A stretch of 64,000 bases of DNA, from NCBI GenBank assembly GCA_026936335.1, contig JAPMXV010000034.1:558001-622000 (forward strand), written 5' to 3'. Positions within the stretch are counted from its first letter, which is position 1. Every line of letters begins with the position of its first letter. The notes below the pieces were generated by a model, which saw only the letters and a list, made by a program, of their open reading frames with translations, searched no databases and was not told where the DNA came from. Both the position numbers and the translations under genes were made by a program. This document shows positions 39,542-51,543 of the stretch, in pieces. Source of the DNA: Mantamonas sphyraenae STR306 (taxonomy: Eukaryota; Protista; CRuMs).

Positions 39542-41635
39542 TCAGTTCATTCTGCCTTCAAAGTAGCGTTGGACGTCTTGGAAGCCGCGCAAGCGCGCCA
39601 TTTCAAAGGCACCAAATCCTTCGTCGAAGTAGGAGTTTGCATCGGCACCACGCTCAAGCAGAAGCATCAAGGTTCCGTACTGGCCATGGGAAGCAGCGAC
39701 AAAGACGGCGTTGCCCGAGAAGGACTCGAGCGAGTGGATGTCGGCGCCTGCATCGAGGAGTGTCGTCACCACGGGTGTGGACCCGCGACTGGTGGCATTG
39801 AGCAGAGGCGTCATCCCATTGACGTCCTTGGATTCGAGGTTTGCGCCGGCGGCTACAAGGAGGCTGACAACACCCACGGCGTTGCTGATGGCCGCAATGG
39901 ACAGTGGCGTACGTCGCATGTTGTTTTGTCTCTCCGTGTCTGCACCTGCATCCAGGAGCAGTTGGGTGATGGCTTCGTGGCCTGCTTCGGCGGCAACCAT
40001 CAGCGCAGTGGTGGCGGATTGCCCTTTGCAGTCCACGCGCACACCTGCTTCGAGCAACGCAGACACCGCTTCAGTGTTGCCTCGCAAACTCGCACACTTG
40101 AGGGGATCGTACAGAGGACCCGTGGGGGTGTTGACATCGACGCCGAGGTTGATGAGGACTGGGATGAGATCACAATGGCCTCGTGCCGCAGCATAGGCAA
40201 GCAACGAGGATCCATCCATGGAACGAGCATTGAGGTCGGCTCCTGCTTGGACGAGGGCCTCGATCACGGGGATGGATCCTGATTGGATGGCATTGAAAAG
40301 CGGTGTGTCTCCGTTGGAGCCCCGCACATTGACATCCAACCCCATGGCAATGGCTTCATGCACGGCATCCAATTGTTTGTACAGTGCAGCAACGTGGAGG
40401 ATGGACCAATCGCCTGCTGCAGGGAGGGGATCGGCGCCTGCGTCGCGGATGGTGCGCATGTTCTGCACATGGCCTCGCCTCGCTGCGTACATGAGGGCGC
40501 TGAATTTGTCGTCATCCATCGCATCCACTTGTGCGCCTGCGTCCAGGAGCATTTGCACGAGGATGGGGTCTGGGTGTTTGGCCGCATGCATGAGCGGTGT
40601 TTGGCCGGTGCTGGAGCTCAGGCAGGCATCCGCCCCGGCCTCCAAGAGCACACGCGACGCTGATCGGATGCCAAGATCTGTGGCAGTCAAAAGTGGCGTC
40701 CACAGATTGGAGCCAGCCTGATGGTTGACATGTGCGCCGGCGTTGAGGAGCAATGTGCACGTTGCCTCTCTGTCCTCGTCCGAGATGTCTTTGTTGTTGG
40801 GCCCACCACAGGCACAGTGCAATGGCGACCAACCGGAGTCACTGCATCCATTCACATCAGCTCCTGCATCCAGGAGGACACGTACTGCGTCGACGCAGCG
40901 TGCTCCAGCTGCATACATGAGCGCAGAGTAGCCATGGCGTGTGCGTTTGTGTATGTCTGCACCTGCATGCACCAACACCTTTACGATGTCGCCATGACCC
41001 TTTTGTGCCGCACACATGAGCGCTGTTTTCTCCTCCAGCACATCGAGCGGCTCTACGCTTGCGTCCAACAGCATTTTGACACAGGACACATTGCCATGCT
41101 TGCACGCAGACATGAGTACCGTCCATCCAAGCATGCGTTGTGCCAATGGGTCTGCCCCTGCGTCCAGGAGGGCCCGCACGTGGTGTTCCCGACCCCGTGC
41201 GGCCGCTTCCATCAGCACAGTCCTCCCGCCGTCGATGGTCGATGCATTTGGGTCGGCCCCTGCTTCCAGCAATGCCAATAGGATATCCGTGTCTGCGTCC
41301 GCGTTGTCGTTGTGCGTGGACATCACGGCAGAGAAGAGAGGGGACCATCCGTTGGGTGATACTGCGTTCGGATTGGCCCCTGCCTGCAGCAACTCGCGTG
41401 CCACGTCTCCATGCCCGTTGCGAATGGCCAACGAAAGAGGAGTGAGGCAAGAGGTGTCCTGTGTTTTGGCCTCCATGTTTGCGCCTGCGGCAAGGAGGGA
41501 TCGCAGGGTGTGGAGTTCACCGTCCGCTGCAGCCTGCATCAACGGGGTGCACCCTACCTCGTTGCGCATCTCCACGTCGTCGTCGTCCGTACCACCTGGT
41601 GGTGGTGGCAAGGGTGGTGTGTGATCCGTGTTCAT
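39542..41635 (-). CDS. Ankyrin-repeat protein (intronless, many repeats)
   Basis: Recurrent TPL/TAL..AA..G...V..LL.AGAD units throughout the 697-aa ORF. Confidence 0.93.
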   Translation of the reverse strand: MNTDHTPPLPPPPGGTDDDDVEMRNEVGCTPLMQAAADGELHTLRSLLAAGANMEAKTQDTSCLTPLSLAIRNGHGDVARELLQAGANPNAVSPNGWSPLFSAVMSTHNDNADADTDILLALLEAGADPNASTIDGGRTVLMEAAARGREHHVRALLDAGADPLAQRMLGWTVLMSACKHGNVSCVKMLLDASVEPLDVLEEKTALMCAAQKGHGDIVKVLVHAGADIHKRTRHGYSALMYAAGARCVDAVRVLLDAGADVNGCSDSGWSPLHCACGGPNNKDISDEDREATCTLLLNAGAHVNHQAGSNLWTPLLTATDLGIRSASRVLLEAGADACLSSSTGQTPLMHAAKHPDPILVQMLLDAGAQVDAMDDDKFSALMYAARRGHVQNMRTIRDAGADPLPAAGDWSILHVAALYKQLDAVHEAIAMGLDVNVRGSNGDTPLFNAIQSGSIPVIEALVQAGADLNARSMDGSSLLAYAAARGHCDLIPVLINLGVDVNTPTGPLYDPLKCASLRGNTEAVSALLEAGVRVDCKGQSATTALMVAAEAGHEAITQLLLDAGADTERQNNMRRTPLSIAAISNAVGVVSLLVAAGANLESKDVNGMTPLLNATSRGSTPVVTTLLDAGADIHSLESFSGNAVFVAASHGQYGTLMLLLERGADANSYFDEGFGAFEMARLRGFQDVQRYFEGRMN

Positions 41636-41653
41636 TGCAGTGTTCTGTTGCTC

Positions 41654-43350
41654 TCACAGGCGTGCGAGCTTCTTGACGGCACCAAAGGCGGCTCCGAGTC
41701 GGCGGGTGATGCCCTGGCCGTAAACGGAGCGAGCGATGTCCTTGGCAATGGCAAAGGCATCTGCACTGACGGGGTACTGGAAGGCCTTGGGCACGTGGAC
41801 ACGGATGGGGAAGCGATCGGTGACGTAGGCCTTGATGTGACAACAGGCACGGAGACCCTCCTGGCCATTGATGCGACCAATGCCCGAGATTTTGACGCCG
41901 CCAAAGGGCAGGCTTTGACACATGTAGGCAATGCCATAGTCATTGATGACACTCATGCCTGCGCGTACGCCGTGGGCAATCTTTTCGGCACGCGGGTAGT
42001 TTGTGGAAAACACGGAGCTGCCGAGGCCGTAGGCGCAATTGTTGGCCATGTCGACCACCTCCTGGTCGTCGTCCCAGACGGAAATGACCATGATGGGGCC
42101 AAAGTGTTCCTCCTGCATGATGCGCATGTCTGGGGTGATGTCCACGAGGACGGTGGGTTCGTAGAACTGGCCTCCCTTGTCTGTGCGAATGCGTGCACCG
42201 GCCAGCGCACGTGCACCCTTGGCCAGGGCGTCCTGGACCAGGTCATCAATGATGGTCAGCTGGCGGGGCATGGTGGTGGCACCAAAGTCGCAGGCCTCCT
42301 TGCAGGGTGCCCCTTGCTTGGTCTTGGACAGACGGGACAGCACACGCTCGACAAACTCGTCGACAACGTTGCGATGGACAAACAGACGCTCGCTGGACAC
42401 ACACATCTGTCCACAGGCGGTAAAGACACCCAACATGGAGGCGGCAACGGCCTGGTCGAGGTCTGCATCGTCGCAAACAATCATGGCATCCTTGCCACCG
42501 AGTTCCAAGACCACGGGGGTCAACGTGTCCGACGCCGCAGCCATCACCTTGCGTCCGTTCTGCGGGCTGCCGGTGAAAAAGATCTTGTCCACGCCGGAAC
42601 GGACGAGGGCCTCACCCGTGGGGCCATAGCCATGCACAAACTGGACCAGGGCACGGGGCCAGCCACAACGGTCGAGCACCTCGTGGATGAGGCGTGCGTA
42701 GTGGATGGAGGACCAGGTGGTGCACTCGGAGACCTTGACGACGGCGGCATTGCCCGCGTACAGCACGGGGATGAGCGGACACAGAATGTTGTGAAAGGGA
42801 AAGTTCCAGGGACAAATGATGCCACAGACGCCCAAAGGTTCGTACTCCACACGGGCAGCTTTGTTCTGCAGGAGACCCACGGGACGGGGTTCGGGTGCAA
42901 GCGCCGCGCGTCCGTGGTCCAGGGTAAACTTGAGCTTCTCACACACGGGGTACACCTCGCCAAGCATGGCATCGACCACTGAGTGGGGGTGTGGGCGATG
43001 GGTGGGGCGTGTGAGTGGCAGGGACGGGCGGGGGGGAATGCATGTTCTCGTGGTCGCAGCAACGCACGGGTTTTGCCAGAGTCGAGGGAGGCCCATTCGC
43101 AGATGGCATCCTGGGAGTCGAGGATGGAGTCGAGGAGGGCGCGGAGGAGGGCGTCGCGTTGGTCAAAGGTGGAGGTGGCCCAGCCAGAGTCGGTTTGTGC
43201 GGCACGGGCAGATGCGACGGCGGCGCGGACGGTGTCTGGAGAGTGGACGGCGGTGGTGGGTGGGTCGAGGGGTTCCAGGGTGGCTGGGTTCCACAGAGGG
43301 ATGTCCTTGGAGGTGTCGACCGAGGCAAAGGGGTCGTAGATGGTGGACAT
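41654..43350 (-). CDS. Aldehyde dehydrogenase, MSC7/ALDH22A-type
   Basis: Spliced GKTLVDAMLGEV, PWNFP, FTGS, LELGGKD, GQMCVS, EEHFGP, YGLGSSVF, PFGGVKISG. Confidence 0.9.
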
Positions 43351-43393
43351 GGTGGGAGTTGGGTTGGGGGTGGGGGGGGATTGGGTGGGTGGG

Positions 43394-44050
43394 TCATGGG
43401 AGGAGTTTGTTGATGAAAGGGGAAAGGAGTTTGAAGAGGATGAAGAGGATGATGAGCATGATGGAGAGCAGCAGCGCAATGACCAGCTTGTTCTGGAGCG
43501 GGAGATGGCCTGTGTGCCACGCCTGAAACCAGTGTTGAGAGGCAAGGAATGGTTGGAAGTTGTGGAAGTGCGCAAAACCCTTGTTGACCAAAGTGTCGGC
43601 CACATCCGGGTGGTTGTCTCCACCGTGCACCCGTCGCGTGATCGCGAGGGCCTGCTCGTACAGCGCCAGTGCCCGATCGTTCTCTCGTTTGGTCTCGTAC
43701 ACCATGGCCATGTTGTTGATGCTCGATGCCACATCCGGGTGCTCATCTCCACCGTGCACTCGTCGTCGGATCTGCAGTGCCTGTTCATACAGCTCCAGTG
43801 CCCGATCGTACTCTCCCCTGGCTTGGTACACAATGGCCAAGTTGTTGATGGTTGTGGCCACATGTGGGTGCTCATCCCCACCATGCAACCTTCGATAGAT
43901 CGCCAGTGCCTGCTCATGCAACTCCAGTGCATGATCGTACTCTCCCTTGGCTTCGTACGCCACAGCCATGTTGTGGATGCTCGAGGCCACATCTGGGTGC
44001 TCATCCACACCATGCACAGCACCGTAGCACCGTAGCACCGAGTTCAACAT
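43394..44050 (-). CDS. Kinesin-light-chain-type TPR protein with C-terminal hydrophobic anchor
   Basis: About 3-4 HPDVA..NNMA.VY...GEYDRALELYEQAL repeats, ending in LVIALLLSIMLIILFILF. Confidence 0.8.
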   Translation of the reverse strand: MLNSVLRCYGAVHGVDEHPDVASSIHNMAVAYEAKGEYDHALELHEQALAIYRRLHGGDEHPHVATTINNLAIVYQARGEYDRALELYEQALQIRRRVHGGDEHPDVASSINNMAMVYETKRENDRALALYEQALAITRRVHGGDNHPDVADTLVNKGFAHFHNFQPFLASQHWFQAWHTGHLPLQNKLVIALLLSIMLIILFILFKLLSPFINKLLP

Positions 44051-44124
44051 ATACTGCCGCAAGAGAGCGGTGAGCTCTCTTGCATGGATGGGAAAAGGCG
44101 CGGAATGAACCAGAGCAAAAAGGC

Positions 44125-46555
44125 ATGGAAGTGATCCAAGCGCCGACGCGAGTGCATAGCATGTGCGTAGAGGGGGACATGGTGGTGTATGCACAGGATC
44201 AGGTGGAAGTGGGGCGGGTGGACGAGGAGCTTGGGTGGGTGAGCGTAGGGAGCATCGAGTGTCAGGAACCTGCGGTGGCGGTGCAAGGGCTGGGAGAGGG
44301 CCGTGTGATGGTGGTGTATGTGGACCTGCGGTGGGAAGTGTGGCGTGTGGGGAGTGGGGAAGGAGAGATGGAGCTGGAAAGGCGAGGGGAGGTGAGCAAC
44401 GACGGGCAACGGGTCGGGGTGGAGCGGGTTTTGGTGAGCGGGTCGCGTGGGTGGGGCACACGTGTGCTTGTGTACGCACTGGAAGGACGATTGAGTGTGG
44501 TGGACGTATCGGGGAAGGGTGAGAGCGTAGAAGTGAGCGTGGGCGGGTTTGGACGGGTGGTGGGGCTTGCGGCGCACGAGGAAGAAGGAGATCTGGCGTA
44601 CGTGACGTGTGTGAGCGAACACGGGGTGCGATCGGTGCACTGTGCGTTGGTGGACACGGAACACGGAGCACTGTTGCACGGACCCTTCTCTGTGGAGCCT
44701 GTGGGGGACGGGGCGGTGTGTGTGTGTGCAGGGCGCGGGCGGGTGGTGGTGGTATCGCAGGAGGAGGTGTGTGTGGTGGAGGACGAGCGAGGGATGGTGC
44801 TTCAGAGTGGAGACACAGGGTTGGGAGGGCCTGTGGGAGGGGCATGGTGGCACGCGGAGACAGAATGTGTGTTTGTGAGTGCTGGGCGAGGAGTGTACAG
44901 GGTGAAGGTGGACAACGGGGCCGTGGAGACGGTGGTGGAGGAGATGGGGGTGGCGTGTGGGGCGATGGCATGTGTGTGGGAAGTGCCGTGGTTGTGTGTG
45001 GTGCACTGGGGAGTGGGCTGATGGCGTGGACTGAGGAGGCAGGTGGGGCATGGGCGGTGGCAGAGAGTGTGGCGCCTGTGTGTGCGGCAACGTACGCAGA
45101 CATGGATGGAGACGGGTCGCAGGGGACGCTTGTGATGGCACTTGCGGATGGGCGTGTGTTGGCGGGCCAAGAGGGACGGCGGATGGAGGTTGTGGTTGGG
45201 GACGGGCCTGTGACGCGTGGTGGACCGCAGCTGATGGGATGCAAGCGTAGAGTGGGGGATGAGTGGGACGCGTGGGTGGTGTTTGGGTATGGAGCGGCCG
45301 GGGAGACGCAGGTGCTGGGAGTGAGCGGGAGCGCGTTTGAGCCTGTGCATCTGCGCGGGTTTGCAGAGGAGGTGTGCACGGTGGGAGTGTGGGTGCGCGA
45401 GGACGGGTATGTGGTGCAGGTGGGGGGAAGCGAGGTGCGAGTGGCGGATGTGGAGGGCAAGGGCCTGGTGGGTGCGTGGGAAGCCGGGGGAGAGATTGTG
45501 GGCGGGTGTGAATCGGGAGACGGGATGGCGGTGGTGGCTGTGGGCAAGCGTGTGGTGTGGGTGGAGGGATGGGAGGAGGTGGGGAGTGTGACGATGCGGG
45601 AAGAGGTGAGCTGCGTGGGGCGAGGACACGGGAAACAGATGCTTGTGGGCCAGTGGATGAGCAACGAGGGATGTGTGGTGGAACGAGAAGGCGGGATTGT
45701 GTCGGGGGTGGTTCTGCCAGCACAGGCGCGGAGCGGGGCTGTGGTGGGGGATGGATGGGTTGTGTGGGGCCTTGCGGACGGGCGGGTGGCGTTGGTGGGA
45801 GCGGGTGGAGAGCAGGTGGAGCGTGTGGTGCGCGTGGGATGGAGTGGAGTGCGTGTGTGGCCTGTGGGGGATGGGAAGCGAGTGGTTGCAAACTGCGACC
45901 GGGACGCGGTGTTGGAAGCGAGTGGGGACGGGGGAGAGGTGCGTGTGGTGCGGTTGGGGGCAGGAGGAGGGAGGTTGGGGTTGGGTGTGGTGCGTGTGGA
46001 GGCAGTGGGAGAACAGGGTTATGCGTGGGTGGGTGGGGCGGAGGAACGGCTGTGCTTTGGGGTGGAGGGCGAGGACGGGATGGTGTGGGAGGAGTGTGGA
46101 GGGGTGTGGAGGGAGTGTATGGGATGGCGTGGGTGGGAGACGGGAGTGGATGTGTGGCCATGGTGGGGGAGGGGTGGATAGGGTTGTGGCGCAAGGAGGA
46201 GGGAGTGGTGTGGCGAGAGTGGGTGGACGGGGTGGAAGGCGGGGAACGTGTGCGGTCAAGCGGAGACGGAGGGATGATCGAGGTGGAAGGGGTGGAAGGA
46301 GGATGGCGTGTGGTTGTGGTGGAGGAGGAGGATGGGCAAGGGGTGCAGATGCAGCTGGAACGGGTGGAGGCGGACGGGGGATCAGGGGCGTGGGAGGAGG
46401 AGGGTGGGGATGGATGGGGTGTGGAAGACGGGGGCTGGGTGCGTGTGGGCCGGTGGGCGGAGGAGGTGGGGCTGGGGATGGAGAGGCGGAGGGAAGGAGG
46501 GTGGATAGGGTGCGGAGTGGACGGGAGGGTGGTGCGATGGGAGGGCCACAATTAA
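44125..46555 (+). CDS. Highly divergent DDB1/MMS1/CPSF160-type beta-propeller protein (frame breaks near 45015 and 46120)
   Basis: GETQVL..GF....TV..VVQV...VRV..LVGAW..VVAVG..EEVSC..VGQW..ARS..GLADG..ANCDR is collinear with the remembered DDB1 second propeller. Confidence 0.55.
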
Positions 46556-46580
46556 AAGAGGGGTTTACTGCGTAGGGTCA

Positions 46581-47867
46581 ATGAGCAACTCGACGACGAC
46601 GAGCAAGGGAGGTTGCGGGTCGTACTGCCCTGTGTACGATGCGTTCTGCACAGATGCGGGCCAGTGTGCGTGTCGGTTCCCTGCGTTTACGCCTTCGGGG
46701 TCGGAGGTGTGCGACACGACGTGGCGAAAGTACCTTGGGGCACAGGTGGATGTGCACGTGGGGATTTTTGCGACGCTGTTTATGCTTGCGTTGGTGATGA
46801 CGAGCTTGCGGCTGGTGGCGTACTCGCGTGGGTCGCGAAAGAACAAGGCGAACTACTGGTGGGTGTGGACGCTGCATGTGAACGTGATGATTGCATCGCT
46901 GGTGCGGTTTCTGTACCTGGTGATTGACCCGTACGGGATGGACGAGATTGTGGGCCACGTCGGGGAGGGGTACTTGTTTGGGATCCCGCTGGCGGCGCTT
47001 GTGACGACGCTGCCGATTATCACGTACACGTGGGTGGCGACGTACGAAAAGATGAAGAGTGCGCGTGCGTCGGAAGCGTCTGCGATGTACACGAGGAGGA
47101 TCCTGTGGCTGTGTGTCGGTGTGGTGGCGTTGGTGTGGATTGTTGAGCTGGGTGAGTGTTTTTGGAGGGGTGGCAATGGGGCGAGGGGGAGTTGAAAGGG
47201 GGGCCGGGGGCGGTGCTTGCATGGGTGAATTGTGGTGAGGGGGTAGGGGTGGGGTTGGGGCAAGGGGTGTGTGCTATGGAGGCGGTGCGTTTTTTTTGGG
47301 AGGGTTTTTTTCCCGGGGGCAGGGCGGGGAGATGGACTGACACGTGGATGATGGGTGTGTGGGAGGACAGTGTTGCGTGGTGTGTGGCGTGACCTGGGAC
47401 CCGGGACGGCGTACTGGATCTGGATGGTGGTGAACCTGCTGACGATCTTTGGGTTTGGCGGGTTCCTGTTGTTCAAGGGAGGGTTGATGGCGCGTACACT
47501 GCTGCAGCATGGGAAGCAGATGGGCAAGATGCGGGAGGGCAAGGACGCAAAGATTGTGCGTGCGTTTCGAAAGATTACGGTGCTGGCGGTGACGATGAGC
47601 ACGATGAGTCTGGTGGTGGTGATTGTGCTTGGGGAGACGTTGACTCAACCTGTTGGGCAACAGTGGACAGCCAATGCGGACAAGTATCTGGCGTATCAGA
47701 CCTTTTTCCGGGCGGTGGATATCGTTCAGATTCTGTGTGTGTTGCATTATGTCACGCCGAACGGATTGGCGAGGATTGTGCAGGATACGTACACGACGTT
47801 GACGTCGCCACCGGTGGATGAGAGTGGGTATAGTGGGAGTCGAAGTGGGACGACGGGGACGGTGTGA
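46581..47867 (+). CDS. Multipass (about 7 TM) membrane protein with N-terminal Cys-rich EGF-like motif (THH1/TOM1/GPR137-like)
   Basis: CPVYDAFC..GQCAC..C followed by multiple hydrophobic helices. Intron 47152-47370 joins the ORFs in frame. Confidence 0.55.
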
Positions 47868-48319
47868 GAGATAGAGAGAGAGAGCGGAGGGGGGGGGGAG
47901 GGGGGCGCGGAGTGGGGCGCGGAGGTGAATGCAACCCAACGTGAATTGTGAGTGAGAGGGAATTGATTGAAGGAGAGGGGTTGAGGTGGGGGTTGGGGGT
48001 TGGGTGGTGGGTGGGGGGTGGGTGGTGGGATGTGAGGGGGAGGGAGGGGTGGCGAGTGAATTTTTTTGACAGGTTGGTGATCAGGAGGTGCAGAGGGCTG
48101 ACACGGGCGGCGGAATGCGGGGTGTAGAGGATGAGTGACGATCGTGAGAACGGACAGGGTACAAGCTCGGATCCAATTGATGTGGAGGGGACGACGGGTG
48201 AGTGTGGTGAGAGGAGGACGGGGTGGGGCAAGCCGGGGAGAGGGGGGGGCACCACAAAAATGCGGCCCCCCTCTGGAGATTTGGAAAAGGGGGAGGGCTG
48301 ACACAGAGGCGGAGCAGAG

Positions 48320-50987
48320 ATGTCGTCACCCATGCAGGTGGAAGGGAGCACATCGTCGGGTCGACGTGGGTCACGTCGACGCGGACGCAACACATCGTCG
48401 TCGTCGTCGTCGGTGGTGGGCGGTGCGCGTTCGTCGCCGCTTGGACGTGCGGCCGGGAGCGGAGGGACGCCAAGGACGCCAGCGACGCCAACGAGCGCCA
48501 TTTCGTCGCCGATGGCCATGACAAGCAGTTCGAGGAGTGGGCGACGAGGCGGTGATGGTGGTGGAGGTCGTGGGAGCAGCAGCGTGGGGGACGAACCGAG
48601 CGCACCGGCAACACCGGTGTCTGTGGGCGGAGGGGGTCGTTCGGACCTGCGTGGGTACCAGACAGCAAGCAGCACTGTGATCACACCGCGTACGGTGGGA
48701 GGGCGAGGAGGGCGACGTGGGGCAGGAGCGGCGGCTGGGGATGCGGAATCGTCGGAAGCAGACGTGGGCGGACAGGCAGTGATTTGGGGCACGGACATCC
48801 GCAAGGACGAGACGCAGGAGCGGCTGCTGAGCTTCATTCTCGGGTTTCGTGACAAGGAGGAGAGCGAGGGCGGGGAGCTGATTTACCACGAGGCGCTGGA
48901 GGAGATGCGGGACACGGGAGAGTACAATCTGAACGTGGACTGCAAGGACCTGGCGTCGTACGATGAGCTGGTGTACAACCAGATGGTGCGGTACCCGCAG
49001 GAGATGGTGAGCATCTTTGACCTTGCGGTGAACCAGGCGTACGGGATGCTGGTGGACGGAGAGGCAGAGGCACGGATCCAGGTGCGGACGTTTAACCTGC
49101 GGCAGGAACACGTGGTGGCGATGCGTGCGCTGAACCCGAGCAACATCGACCAGATGGTGGCACTGAAGGGGATGGTGATCCGGACGTCGGACATTGTGCC
49201 GGATCTGCAGGAGGCGTTCTTCCAGTGCAACCTGTGCAACTGGAGCGTGACGGTGGAGATTGACAGGGGTCGCATTGACGAGCCGTCGCGGTGTGAGAAC
49301 TGCGAGGCCGACCTGAGCATGGACATGGTGCACAACCGGTCGCGGTTCACGGACAAACAGGTGGTGAAGCTGCAGGAGGTGCCTGAGAACGTGCCGGACG
49401 GAGAGACGCCTGCTACGATGACGCTGTATGCGTACGAGGGCCTTGTGGACGTGGCGAAGCCGGGAGACCGTGTGGAGGTGACGGGGATCTTTCGTGCGAG
49501 CGCGACGCGGGAGAACGCACGGAACCGCAACCTGAACACGGTGTTTAAGACGTACGTGGACATGCTGCACATCCAAAAGACGGAGCAGGGGCGGCTGGCA
49601 CAGGGAAACACACGTCAGGAGGACGCGGAGGCCGGGGAGTTTTCACGCGGAGTTTGAGGAGGGGGTGGCGGGCAGAGGCGGGTTCGGAGACGTGGACAAG
49701 ATGCGTGCGCTGGCACAGGAGCCGGACCTGTACGGACGGCTTGTGGCGGCGCTTGCACCGAGCATCTGGGAGCTGGAGGACGTGAAAAAGGGGATTCTGT
49801 TGCAGCTGTTTGGGGGCGCGAGCAAGACGTTTGACGCGGAGTCGCAGAGTCGGTTCCGTGGAGAAATCAACGTGCTGATGTGCGGAGATCCGGGGACGGC
49901 CAAGTCGCAGCTGCTGCAGTATGTGCACAAGATTGCGCCGCGGGGCATCTACACGTCGGGCAAAGGAAGCTCGGCGGTGGGTCTGACGGCGTACATCACG
50001 AAGGATCCTGAGACGCGTGAGCTGGTGCTGGAGAGCGGGGCGCTGGTGATGAGCGACCGGGGCGTGTGCTGCATCGACGAGTTTGACAAGATGAACGACT
50101 CGACGCGTAGCGTGCTGCACGAGGTGATGGAGCAGCAGACGGTGTCGATTGCAAAGGCAGGGATCATTTGCAGTCTGAACGCACGTACGAGTGTGCTTGC
50201 GGCGGCGAACCCGGTGGACTCGCGGTACAACCCGTCGATGAGCGTGGTGGAAAACATCCGGCTGCCGCCGACGCTGCTGTCGCGGTTCGACCTGATCTAC
50301 CTGGTGCTGGACAAGGCGGAGAGTGGGAACGACCGGCGGCTGGCAAAGCATCTTGTGTCGCTGTACTGGGCCGGGGATCGGGCGCGGGAGGCGCCGCTGG
50401 GAGAGGAGGTGTCGCTGACGCAGTACATCTCGTACGCCAAGGCAGCTGTGCCGCAGCCGCAGCTGACGGCGGAGGCGAGGGACAAGCTGGTGAACGGGTA
50501 CCGGTCGATGCGTGCGCTGAGCACAGGGTACGGGGAGCGGAAGACGGTGACGGCGACGCCGAGGCAGCTGGAGTCGCTGATCCGGCTGAGCGAGGCACAC
50601 GCGAGGATGCGGCTGAGCGAACGGGTGGAGGGGGAGGATGTGGAGGAGGCGCTGCGGCTGGTGCAGGTTGCGATGCAGCAGGCGGCGACGGATCCGAGGA
50701 CGGGGAAGATTGACATGGAGTTGATTACGACGGGGAGGAGCGCGGCGCAGAGGAACCGTGTGGACCAGCTGATGCAGGCGGCGCTGGTGTTGATGCAGGA
50801 GGACGAGAGGAACAGGTTTCCGATTGAGGATGTGTTGGAGATGTTGAACGAGAGGGCGGGGAGCGAGGCGGCGACGAGGGAGGAGTTGTTGGAGGCGTTG
50901 AATAATCTGCAGGCGGATAATAGGGTGGTGGTGCAGAGGGGCGAGACGAGGGGAGGGGCGGTTGTGGAGTTGTTGAGGAGTGTGTGA
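48320..50987 (+). CDS. MCM4: DNA replication licensing factor MCM4
   Basis: S/T-P-rich N-terminus, IWGT, YPQE, C4 zinc finger, GDPGTAKSQ, YTSGKGSSAVGLTA, IDEFDKM, SRFD, ATPRQLESLIRL. A one-base break at a T-run near 49640 is probably an error. Confidence 0.95.
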
Positions 50988-51011
50988 AGGGGTTGATTGG
51001 AATGGAGTTGA

Positions 51012-51235
51012 TTCAGCGTGCAGGGAGAGGGGTGACCACGAGCTTGACGGTGCTGTTGGTAGTGTGGTGTTGGTTCAGCCTGCAGGGAGTGGGGTGACCA
51101 CGAGCTTGACGGTGCTATTGGTAGTGTAGTGTTGGTTCAGCCTGCAGGGAGTGGGGTGACCACGAGCTTGACGGTGCTATTGGTAGTGTAGTGTTGGTTC
51201 AGCCTGCAGGGAGTGGGGTGACCACGAGCTTGACG
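51012..51235. repeat. 62-bp minisatellite, ~3.6 copies
   Basis: Unit ttcagcctgcagggagtggggtgaccacgagcttgacggtgctattggtagtgtagtgttgg repeated in tandem. Confidence 0.95.
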
Positions 51236-51543
51236 CTGCCATCTGCAGCCACTTTCGATCCATCCCCTGCAGGGAGTGGACACAGCACTCCCTCGACGGT
51301 GCCATCTCTTACAGTTCACATCCCCACATTCTAGCTCCTTGTTTCACACCAACAGCGACTGCAACGTGTCGTTGACAACGCCCTCGATCTTCAAAGGGAC
51401 TCTGGTTGCGCACCTGCACCAATGGCTCCCACCACTTGCGACGCCGTCGTCACTGTCGACGTGCTCAGGTCCTCGCTCACCGTGTAGGTGGGTGTCTTGC
51501 AGCGGGGTGGGAAGCAAGAAAACACCGAGCAGTTGAAAGCAGG

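Noticed and set aside
43351-43480. TPR tail helix as the N-terminal anchor of a fused ALDH
   Set aside because: A clean TGA and a separate ATG are present, with no splice sites to join them.
44044-46551. Long Pro/His-rich minus-strand ORFs (also antisense ORFs over MCM4, AASS and the Kelch gene)
   Set aside because: Shadow ORFs caused by the scarcity of stop codons in skewed GC-rich sequence.
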